This document shows, one piece after another, positions 18,889-28,900 of a DNA stretch of 64,000 bases. Made by a program: the position numbers and the translations under genes. The stretch comes from Candidatus Omnitrophota bacterium. Its GTDB lineage: Bacteria > Omnitrophota > Gorgyraeia > Zapsychrales > Zapsychraceae. The notes below the pieces were generated by a model. That model made no database searches, was not told the DNA's origin, and saw only the letters and a program-made list of their open reading frames with translations. The stretch lies in NCBI GenBank assembly GCA_028280285.1, contig JANQMA010000013.1:5355-69354 (forward strand), written 5' to 3'. Numbering within the stretch: position 1 is the first letter of the stretch; every line of letters begins with the position of its first letter.

Positions 18889-19662
18889 TCAGCCTAAGCG
18901 GAAGGCTTCATTGACACTTTTCAAAATCTCTGCCGGGTTAATATATTCAATTAGAGTTGTGACATTTGTTTTTTGGGAAACAGTTTGTAAAATTTGTTTT
19001 GCTTGCAAGGACGACTTATCAGGCGTATAAAGCACGCAGTTTATTTTAGCTGTTTTGGCCATTTGATAAAGACGCAACACCAGCAAATCTCCTGGAATAT
19101 CATCGAGGTTAAGCGCAACAAGCGCTATATCCGGCTGAAGGCCTATCATCTCCTCTATCGCCTCTATTCCGGAAGCAGAAGTACGGACGGCATAACCGTC
19201 GTTTTTAAACATCGCTTCAATATCTTCAAGCACATTCGCATCACTTTCAACAATAAAGACATCCTTCCCCACTTTGACCTTGCCTGCATCCCGGTCTTGA
19301 AAAACAGCCTTAATCTCATCTAAAATTTGTTGCGGGCTATAAGGTTTTGCAATAAAACCGGCTACATTAAGCTCCATAAACATTTTCTCCATATCAGCCC
19401 TGCCGGTTGAAACAAATATGGGATACTTCGGTTGCTCATCATCACAAATCTTTTCATAAAACTCAACGCCGCCCATGTTTGGCATATTAATATCAAGAAT
19501 AATTAGATCCGGGATTTCCGCTTCGGCCACTTCAAGACCTTTAAGCCCATCATTAGCCATACTGACATGAAAGCCGTTTTTTGTCAAAAATGCCTGAAGC
19601 GTTTGGCAAACGTCTTTTTCATCATCAATAATTAAAATTTTCTGAGCCATAAAATACCTCAC
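18889..19662 (-). CDS. Response regulator with two tandem receiver domains (second one degenerate)
   Basis: REC1 ILIIDDEKDV...DLIILDINMPNMGG...AKP; REC2 VFIVESDANV...DIALVALNLDD; no output domain. Confidence 0.75.
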   Translation of the reverse strand: MRYFMAQKILIIDDEKDVCQTLQAFLTKNGFHVSMANDGLKGLEVAEAEIPDLIILDINMPNMGGVEFYEKICDDEQPKYPIFVSTGRADMEKMFMELNVAGFIAKPYSPQQILDEIKAVFQDRDAGKVKVGKDVFIVESDANVLEDIEAMFKNDGYAVRTSASGIEAIEEMIGLQPDIALVALNLDDIPGDLLVLRLYQMAKTAKINCVLYTPDKSSLQAKQILQTVSQKTNVTTLIEYINPAEILKSVNEAFRLG

Positions 19663-19764
19663 GTGAATTAATTAGGTTAATACGTATTTAACACCACTTT
19701 TATGCCGTTTGCAAATGTTTGAAAAGATTTTTTGAGGGGTAATTGGAAAAACGATTTATGGGTG

Positions 19765-19826
19765 AGATAAAACAAATAGGCCTTCACACTATTACATTCC
19801 GCCAGGTATGAGAACGCGTGAAGGCC
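19765..19826 (-). terminator. Candidate intrinsic terminator downstream of the methyltransferase gene
   Basis: 9-bp stem AGGCCTTCAC/GTGAAGGCC (19778-19787 / 19818-19826) with a large loop. A U-rich run follows on the minus strand (plus-strand AAAACAAAT at 19769-19777). Confidence 0.4.
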
Positions 19827-19901
19827 CGACCTCTGTCCTCTTCTTCGCTCTCTATCTTAGCGGTAATTTTTACTTACACAATGCCCAGAATACACCCAAA
19901 A

Positions 19902-20669
19902 CTATCTTTTTTCTACTTTTTGCGCCACTATCATCCAATCCCATGGATACGGATTTCCAAGCCATTTCGGAGGATTATCGGCCTCCTCTTCCCAGCTGTA
20001 CTCAATTTTTTTAATATCTATAACTTTATAGCCATTTTCTGACAAAAATACCGCCAATTCCTCACGCGTAAAACACTTCGTTGGTGTTCCGCCAATATTG
20101 ACTATAGCGTCAACAGCTGAAAAAACATCCTTTTGAAATAAACGATCCATTACCTTAACGCCCTTTGTACGACTGGCGCCATAGCGCATATCAACCCTTA
20201 TCATCGCCTGATAAACATAAATAATAGACTCATACGCAGGAACAATAAAAATGCTTTTGCCTGACGGTTTAGTCGCGCGCCTGACTGAACGCAACATAGC
20301 CAGACGCTTTTTATAAGCAGGGTTGATTAAAGCATTAACACAGAAACTGATATCGGCCTTAAACGGAAATCCTTTTTTAGTATGAAAATCATGACAAAGA
20401 TATTCTATATTGGAAAATGGATTGGTCGTCTGAGCTAATTTAAGAAGATCTTCAGCAAAATCGACGGCATAAACTTTTTTAAACCTTGGGGCAAGATGTT
20501 TCAGCAGGCTACCCGGTCCGCACCCTAAATCGGCAACCTTTAAGCGTGGATTAGCCAGAGCATTTAATTCTTTTTTAAAAACTTCTTTAAGATCTCGCTC
20601 GACTATTTGTAAAACATTGTCTGTGTATTTGCGGGAAAAAGAATTCCAATAATTATTATCCATGCGCAA
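19902..20669 (-). CDS. Class I SAM-dependent methyltransferase
   Basis: Motif I VADLGCGPGSL and motif post-I YAVDF; 255 aa. Confidence 0.75.
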   Translation of the reverse strand: MRMDNNYWNSFSRKYTDNVLQIVERDLKEVFKKELNALANPRLKVADLGCGPGSLLKHLAPRFKKVYAVDFAEDLLKLAQTTNPFSNIEYLCHDFHTKKGFPFKADISFCVNALINPAYKKRLAMLRSVRRATKPSGKSIFIVPAYESIIYVYQAMIRVDMRYGASRTKGVKVMDRLFQKDVFSAVDAIVNIGGTPTKCFTREELAVFLSENGYKVIDIKKIEYSWEEEADNPPKWLGNPYPWDWMIVAQKVEKR

Positions 20670-20674
20670 TCATA

Positions 20675-21127
20675 TTAGTCATCGATGCTGATATCATTGG
20701 GAAAGGCCTTACCTTTACCTGTCTCACAATATTCCTTGAGGCTGAGCATAAAAACAGCCCACTTTGTATTGCAGTGCGCAAAAAAATCAGATTCTTCCGC
20801 CCATCCTGATTGTGCAAACAAAACTTCAGTTTTACCGTCGGCTTCTTCCAAATCAAAGGTCGTAATAGTACCTTTCCATTCCTCTGGGCCTTCCACACAT
20901 TTCCATTTGATAAACTCAGGCGTTACCTCCAAAACTTCCATACCCGGACCACTTTCAGGAAACTTAAAGGTTAATGTTTCCCCCTCCAAGCTTTCCCCCA
21001 CAACGTTTTCTGTCCACCACCCTTTAAGACCGTCGGTAGTCGCAACGGCATCAAAAACTTTCTCCATTGGTGTATTGATTTTTATTTTATGTACTATGTC
21101 TGACATCTTTTGCCCTTTCTTTTTCAA
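20675..21127 (-). CDS. SRPBCC (Bet v1/AHSA1-like) domain protein
   Basis: 150 aa; the pattern (KVFDAVATTDGLKGWW...) matches the AHSA1/START-like superfamily. This is a fold-level call only. Confidence 0.55.
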   Translation of the reverse strand: MKKKGQKMSDIVHKIKINTPMEKVFDAVATTDGLKGWWTENVVGESLEGETLTFKFPESGPGMEVLEVTPEFIKWKCVEGPEEWKGTITTFDLEEADGKTEVLFAQSGWAEESDFFAHCNTKWAVFMLSLKEYCETGKGKAFPNDISIDD

Positions 21128-21140
21128 ATATGTTAAAGCT

Positions 21141-22817
21141 CTAAACTTTTGTTTGTTTTGGAAGTTTGATTGTAAATGTTGTACCTTCTCCTTCCACTGA
21201 TTCTACACTCAATTCACCTCCATGTTTTTGAATGATTTCATAACTGATACTTAATCCCAATCCTGTTCCCTCCCCAACAGGTTTTGTGGTAAAAAAAGGA
21301 TCGAAAATCTTATCTAATTTATCTTTGGGAATACCGATGCCGTTATCACTTAAACGAATACTCACATCATGCTCATCCTCTAAAGTTTCGATAATAATAT
21401 TTCCTTTTTCTTTCATGGCTTGATAGGCATTGATCAACAAATTTAAAATAACCTGTCCTAACTTTTGGACATTGCATTTAACGGGACTTGTGGTGTTATA
21501 TTTTTTAATAAGTTCGGCCTTGCCTGTCACCTCACTGGTCACAAGACTAAGCACTCCTTCAATAACCTCTTTAACCACTACATATTCCATTTCTCCTTTA
21601 TCTTCCCGGGCAAATCCGCGTAAATCGAGCACAATCTTTTTAACACGCTCAAGCCCAACCTTGGTCTCATCAATCAATACATTCATATCTTTTGTGATTG
21701 TATCAAAATTCGTCTCCTTTATATATGTTTTAATTTCTTTTAACCGGGTCTTGGCTTCAGAAATTTGATCAGCCTCAATCAGTTGTATTAATTCCATTGT
21801 CTTTTGTTGGACTTCATTAAAAATTTGACAATACTCCTCTAAAATCTGAATATTGTTAAAAACAAATCCGACTGGATTATTGATCTCATGCGCAACCCCG
21901 GCGGCCAATTGTCCGATGGATGCCATTTTCTCCGATTGAATCAATTTTGATTGCGCTATCTGTAACTGCCGGTTTTTTTTAAGCAAATCGTGATGGGCCT
22001 GTTCAATCTGAATGATCTTCGATCTTAATGTATAAACCATTTTACTAATAGACTCTGCCAACGTTCCCATTTCATCAGGCCTATCACGAAGCGATTTATC
22101 CACTTCTATTTTAAGATCTCCGTCGGCTATTTTATGCGCCAAAACCGATAGCATAACAACCGGTTGAGTAATCTTCCCGGACATAATCACAGCAAAAATA
22201 ATGCAGCCGAAAATAATACAAAAAATAAGCGGTACTCCAATAAACAAAGCCAACCTATTATTGCTATCGATTGTCTTTTGAAGCATTGTGGCATGATTAA
22301 GCTCAGAGACAATTAAAGCCTCAACACTTTCTTCTACAGAGCGCTTAATCTGATTGGCCTCTTCATAGTATTGAGAAAGTGCAATCGAACTGCCTTGTTG
22401 CACATCCTCAATTCCTTTATCACACTTAGCAATCAGATCATCGACAGTTTTTTTCGTTTTCTGATAGGCCATTTTACTTTTATAATCAACAATCGTCCCT
22501 TCCAGTTTTCTAAGAAGCTCCTTAAGCTCCTTTGTCTTTTGCCGGTATTCATTGCGGAAATTCACATTATGAATATTTTTAGCCGAAAAATAATAGGCCA
22601 AAATAGTATCCGAAACACTATTTAAAATCCTATGCTGCATATCTAAATTGCGGGTAATTTGTCGATAAGTCTGAAATATTTTGAAATGATATAACGCGGT
22701 AACGGCAATACCCGCCGTCATGGCCATGACAATAATCAAAAAGGCGATCACTAAGGTCTTGCGGATATGCGCTGATCTTAAATAACTTTTGGGTTTTTTG
22801 ACTTGGTTTTCAAGCAC
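21141..22817 (-). CDS. Sensor histidine kinase (TM-sensor-TM-HAMP-HisKA-HATPase_c)
   Basis: Two transmembrane helices flank a periplasmic region of about 150 aa. H-box [13 protein letters not shown]; G-boxes DNGIGI and GTGLGLS. Confidence 0.85.
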   Translation of the reverse strand: MLENQVKKPKSYLRSAHIRKTLVIAFLIIVMAMTAGIAVTALYHFKIFQTYRQITRNLDMQHRILNSVSDTILAYYFSAKNIHNVNFRNEYRQKTKELKELLRKLEGTIVDYKSKMAYQKTKKTVDDLIAKCDKGIEDVQQGSSIALSQYYEEANQIKRSVEESVEALIVSELNHATMLQKTIDSNNRLALFIGVPLIFCIIFGCIIFAVIMSGKITQPVVMLSVLAHKIADGDLKIEVDKSLRDRPDEMGTLAESISKMVYTLRSKIIQIEQAHHDLLKKNRQLQIAQSKLIQSEKMASIGQLAAGVAHEINNPVGFVFNNIQILEEYCQIFNEVQQKTMELIQLIEADQISEAKTRLKEIKTYIKETNFDTITKDMNVLIDETKVGLERVKKIVLDLRGFAREDKGEMEYVVVKEVIEGVLSLVTSEVTGKAELIKKYNTTSPVKCNVQKLGQVILNLLINAYQAMKEKGNIIIETLEDEHDVSIRLSDNGIGIPKDKLDKIFDPFFTTKPVGEGTGLGLSISYEIIQKHGGELSVESVEGEGTTFTIKLPKQTKV

Positions 22818-22933
22818 TGATAATGGCGTAAATTATCTATATTTAGTAATTATTAGGTAAAATTATTATAATACCCATTAATAGCAGTACAATGAAATAT
22901 ATATATAAATTAAGATAAGATTAGAGCCGTGGA

Positions 22934-25900
22934 TTATAGCATAAGAGCTTGTTCAAGTGACTCTTCATGTCTGACATGCATACGATTCTTTTGGCCGTCA
23001 TTGAGGCCCAAGAGTTGCGGCAGGTTATTGATAGGCGTGATTTGAAGGACTTGTGGAATCAAGCCGGGGATTTCAATACTTTGCAGCTGGGCCGGATCAA
23101 TAGCAAAATCCAAATCAACACCAACCCCTTGGCTCTCTAATTCAAGGAAATCAGGGTTAAAGTCAATACCACCTTGTTTAAGATCTGAAATAGTAGCCTC
23201 ATCATTATGGGCCTTCGTCGGTGAACGGACAGCTATTTCAGGATATGGACTATCTTGTAGGTCCTTTTCAGTAACTTGTGGTAATCTTATTTCTATTTCG
23301 GTTCCAGTATTTTTATCTGATTGAATACTTAATTTTCCGCCATTTTTACTCACATCAAGATCAAGCGCTGCTAATCCCATGCCCGTTGCCTGCCCAAAAG
23401 AAACACGATACCAATTGCCATCCTCATCTTGAAAATCAGTTTCTTTATTATAAGAATAATGCAACACATTCTCAATGTCATCTGTGTCCATTCCGATTCC
23501 ATTATCTTTAATCTTAACAACTACTTCACTTGTTTTTTCATCAAAGGAGGCAGATAAACGCACCTTTCCTCTAACATGACTCCCTCCGTGTTTTTTGACA
23601 CGATCAGGATAAACGGCATTGAAACTGACATATTCTCCAGTTTCTTCAAAACCATCATTAATTTTTTTTAGCTTTTGTGCAGCAACAGCAAATTTACCAT
23701 TTCTTGTCGCCTGGATCAACGACGCTCTAAATCGTTTAGGGTGTGTTAAAATTGTTAACTTTTCCTCATCTTGAATATTAACTTCAATTTCCTCTACAGC
23801 ATCTGAACCGAGAAGTGACTCCATAGAATCAAAATCTCTGTTTGTGTGTACTATCTTATTTTTTGTGGATCTTAAAATATCTGCCAAGTTCACATGAGAA
23901 AGAATGAGACCATGACGTGTCCTTTCATCAATTGTCAGGGCTCTCATACGATCATATCGCTCCCCGATAAATCCACTCAGCCAATCAATTTTAGCCAAAA
24001 TATCTGAAACCTTTTTAAGGGTTCTCGGGTCGTCACTTAAATCAAACGAATCGCGCACACTATCCGTACTAGCCGCCTCAAAAGATTTTTTAAATGAAGG
24101 AAACCCTTCACTATTCGTAACATCTTCAGGTAACCCTTCTATCATTTTAGGCGTGATAACAGCTTTGATAAACCGCCTTAGTGCTTTCGCAGCAACCTCC
24201 TCATCACCTTTTCCAAAATGTTTTTTTCCATTTCGCAGATGCCTGTTAAATCGCCCACGATTAATATTATTGATAACCCAGTCTAAATTAGCCATTTTAC
24301 TTAGAGCAAAATCCGTTCCGACAATATCATCAAACTCCCCCCACAAAATACGCATTTGTCTGAAAATTTCCAGCATATCCTGCTGTAAGTAGATCGCGAG
24401 TGTCGCTTTTTCTAAAATACCCCCTTTGTGTGTAATTTCATAATCGTGCAAATAATCTGCATATGTTGCCGGATAGTATCTGCGCTTGATTAATTCCTCA
24501 TAAGCTGGCAAAGGCTGTTTGGACATATATTGAATCATAGCCCCGCCTGCAGTCTGCACCATTTGAAAAAATCGATCTAAACCATTCTTGCGCGCACTAC
24601 CGACTGTGCCGCCGCCAATAATAGCGATTTTTTTGCCTTTTTGACTATCCATAAACAAAAGAACCTTATCAATAAGAAGCGTATCGAACCTTCCCGTTGC
24701 AATTTCTTCATTAATCCGGTCTCTTGGGAAAGGTGGCACGACCTCTCCATTTTTCGCTATGAACTCTTCAAATAACACACGATTAAAAAAATCGATTCCC
24801 GCTTGAGGCACATTTACATACATAGCCGGCAAAAAGCTGTCTCCCTTCAGACCTATATACTCCTTTTTTTGATCTCGCTTATTAACCCCCGAAGGCCCAT
24901 TAAGAAGTCCGAAATTCAGATCCTTAATATTTTCTATATGCTCCCAAATAGCCTCAGGAGAAACCATATGGAATTTCCAATTATTTTCGACTTGTTCGCT
25001 AGGTCTGGCAATTCTAAAACTTGTTTCTACTAAATCATTCGGCGCAATCTTCTTGTCTTTAAATACCAGTGATTTCGGAAAATTTAACTTACTCCTGACA
25101 TCAGGATTTTTAATAAAAGCATCAATCGCGTGTTGTAAAAATTTGTCGCGATCACCTTCGTTTTTTACCCTAAAATCGATATTGCGCACAAATGGCGCTG
25201 AGCCTTCAACAGCATCCAATGCTTTATATAAAATAATCGCCGGCTGCCCGCCTAGAGGAAGATATTTCATGGTTGGTAAAGAACGCAAGTTTTGATACAT
25301 TAGAAACAATTTTTCTTTAATGCTCTTGTCACTTTTGCCATTTAACCAAGCGAACTCCAAAACATTCATATGCTCCTCAGCTTCCTTCATTTCCTTGGCC
25401 ATGACATAACCCATAACAGCGGGGGTGTCCTCATCTAAGCCCATTGAAGCATCGCGCCGATGGGCCGTTCCCATAGCATCTATAACATGTAAAACAGAAT
25501 GTTGAAGCAGTTTACGACGAAACTCCATATGCTTATCATAGGCATCCTCTAATTTATCAAGCCCCTTATAATAAACGGTAAAAAAATGAACAAGGGCACG
25601 ATATTGCTGAGTAAGATCGTTTGAGTCAAAATATTCAATATATTTCTCAAATGTTGAAGGCGCCAAATGCCTGACATGTCGAGGGATGTTTTCATTCCAC
25701 CTGTAGATATCGTTAAAAGCTCCTAAAACAAAACTTTGCGTCGATCTGATTTGATGCTCAAAATTAGAATTACTTTGCAGAATATTTTCATATATGTTAG
25801 TGAAAATTTTTATTCTATCCAGATTAAGCATATCTGATGGTAATGCTGCCCGGGCTTCTAATATATTTTTTTCAAACTCCTCTAGAGATTTTTCTAAGAT

Positions 25901-28900
25901 TTGCTCTTCCTCAATAAAACGTATATCTTCTCCCATAACAAGCTCGCCATTTTGCATTTCATTATGCATGAAATCTGCTATTTGATATGGTGCATGAACG
26001 CCTTCGAAAAAATGAACCTTTACTTCTTTACCCATCAACTCACTTAGCACCTTTTGCGCAAAAGGAGCAATAGGCCTATTTGTGTATTTTTCAAAATATT
26101 TCTTTTTAATCTCATCATATACGCGTCGCTTCTCCTCGAATCCTTCAGATTCGAACTCTTTAATCAATCTTTCATTTCTTTCTATTTCACCCAATACGTA
26201 TTCATAATGAGCACTCTCAATTCCCTTTTCCTTCATTTCTTTTGATATCTTTGTACGGTGGTTTTCAGCTTTTTGAGGATTTATATTTTCATTTTCCAAC
26301 GCCGTCTTTCTTTTATTTAATACCTTCCGCCTCTTTTGCAACATCGGCAAATAATCACGCATCTCTTTATTAATTTCATCTAAAGGCCTCCCATTATGAG
26401 AAATAACAAAAGCTTTGGCTCCGGCTTCCAGTGCCTGTTTAATTGTGGGTAAGGCAGCCATAAAACGCGCATCAGCATCAATTTTCCCGTTTTTCGCAAC
26501 ACCATTCAAATCGAGACGAATAGTAATAATCTTTCCTTCGATCACAATATTAGGAACATTTTTAAGCTCTAACGCCCTTAAGAGCTCATACAATGTCTTT
26601 TGCTCAAAAATATCTGAAATAGGCGTGGCACGCACATCTTCGCCAATATAGGCATCGATATAGATCTTTTCAATTTGCGCCTGAAGTTTTTTTACTTTAA
26701 GCAACCTTTTACTTGATTTTTCTAAGGACGACCAAGCACCATCTATTGCATCATTGTATCTTTTTCGAGCCTTTTTAAGTTGCCTCAGCAGCCCTCTTAC
26801 CTTACTTGTACCATTTAAAGCGACAAGCTGCTCTTCGCTTAAGGCTTCATTCAATTTATTGCGTTGCTGCAACTGTTCTTGCGTTAATTCATAAATATCA
26901 GATTCATAAACATTAGCCCGTTTTAATCGGTCTCTTAAAATGTCAATCGCCAAATTTCTCTCCGTCTCTTGAACATGCTCATCCGCCGTTAATTCTACAT
27001 ACTTTTTATTTTTCGCCTTGTCTGTATATTTTTGAAAGTAGACGCCATCCGCTGGACTAACAACCCGATACCCTTTTCTTTTAATCGTATCGGTAGCACC
27101 ATTAAAAATTCGGTAATCAATATGAAAAGGATAGCGCCCATGCTTGTGGCCGACGTGCTTGCCCGCCACCCCTTCTTCAGCCAAAATAGCATCAATTTCA
27201 TATGGCACGATCCAGGGCATATCGTTTGGATTAAAGGCACTTTTCCCATGCAAAGGTTTTCCCAATAATTTATTGCGCATATGCCATAAAGCTAAATTGT
27301 GACGCTCTTTAAGAGAAAATTGTTTTTTATAAAATTTAACTTCTATATCTTCAAGAGAATACCCCTCTTCGTCTTCCCTTAATTGAACAAGAGGTAAGGC
27401 CATTTTGTACCACTCATTAAATTTACTCACAAAACTATCAGGAATTTCATTCAGTGAATTATATTTTCCAAGCTCTTCGGCCAACTCTCTTTGAATTCTT
27501 AAAACATTCTCAATGGCTATCCGGTCATCCGGCTCATTAACATGTTTAGCCAAATCGCCATACACACTCTCCGTTGAAAACTCATGCGTATCTAAGATAA
27601 ACCGGGCAATTTCCAAAAGATTGATTTTGTTTCTATATTCTTCTTCATTCTCCGTTTTTTCAGGTTGTTTAAATTCCTTATTAAAGACAGCCGACATAAA
27701 ATCAAGTTCCTTGTTGCCGTGATTATAGTGTACTTTGAGCAAATCACGTGTTTCTTCATCATTAGCCATGACATGCAACTTTTGTAATGTGCGAAAGCTT
27801 CGAAAAATGGTTTCCGCCCTTTTTTCTTCAAACCTTGCTCTTTCTACCGGATCCTCAGTTATTTTATCTAAAGGGTAGTTATCCGGAATGGTAATATTAT
27901 CCCCATCCATAATAACTTCTGTTGGCAGACTCCCTTCTTGCTTTGCCATTTTTTGATCTTCTTCCAATATGTTACGCCGCACATGATTTAATACACCACG
28001 GGTAGGACGATACAAACTATGCCCATCTGAAAAAATAAACACCTCGCGAGCTTCGCCAGGACTAACTTGACTTATAACGCGATTAAAATCCTCTTCCATT
28101 TGTGGATGTTTAAAGCGAGGTTTATGCAATGATTGCCCGTTGGCATTACGCAATGTGACATATTTACGCGCCATTTTTTCACGATGGGCTGGAAGCGGCG
28201 GCATAACAACAGCATCATCACTCCGTTCATCTTTTTTCATCTGATAGCGCCCGGAAACCCGCATAAACTGATTGCTCAGTATATTGCGCGACAATTGGAC
28301 CGGCTCAAGGACGGCCGAATCATACGTACTGTGAGAAAGGCCGATGCCACCGGAGAAATATTTACGTGGCATGATTTGTTGGGAAGCAGGGTCGTACTCT
28401 TCTTTGATATAATCGTAAACGCCTTTGCGATAGGCTTGCAGATACTTTTGGTAAACCTCTTCTTTGGAATTTGGCGCGCCGCTTTCTAAGCCTTGGACCT
28501 TATTTTGGTCAGCGTATTTAGCGGTTAAAATTGAACTTTTAAGCTTGTCTTTATACCAAACCGCTAAGATAAACGAATGATAGATTTGACGTAATGCAGC
28601 GAAATGTTTGCCGCGATTAACCTCCTCTTCGATGATAGGCAAAATAACATCTTTCATCACATCTGTTGAAATCTGTGCAATTTTGGATGCGTCTAACTTG
28701 GAAGGATCATGACGCGTAGAATAATCTTCATGGGCATGAAAATAGGCAAAATAATCTTCTTCGGTCATTACCTTTAAATGGCTATAGGTAATAAAAGCCT
28801 TATTCCTATCTTCATAAATCTTGGCTGTCTCCGGTACGATCCAAATTTTGTTGTACGTATTTAATGGAATATCTGCCAAGCCGTGTTGTTGTTCAGCTCT

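Noticed and set aside
24494-26566. Calling this region a housekeeping pgk gene
   Set aside because: The PGK-like blocks are in frame within a 2150-aa signal-peptide ORF and are separated by insertions of 90-150 aa. There is no independent start or stop, so it is a domain of the giant protein, not a glycolytic gene.
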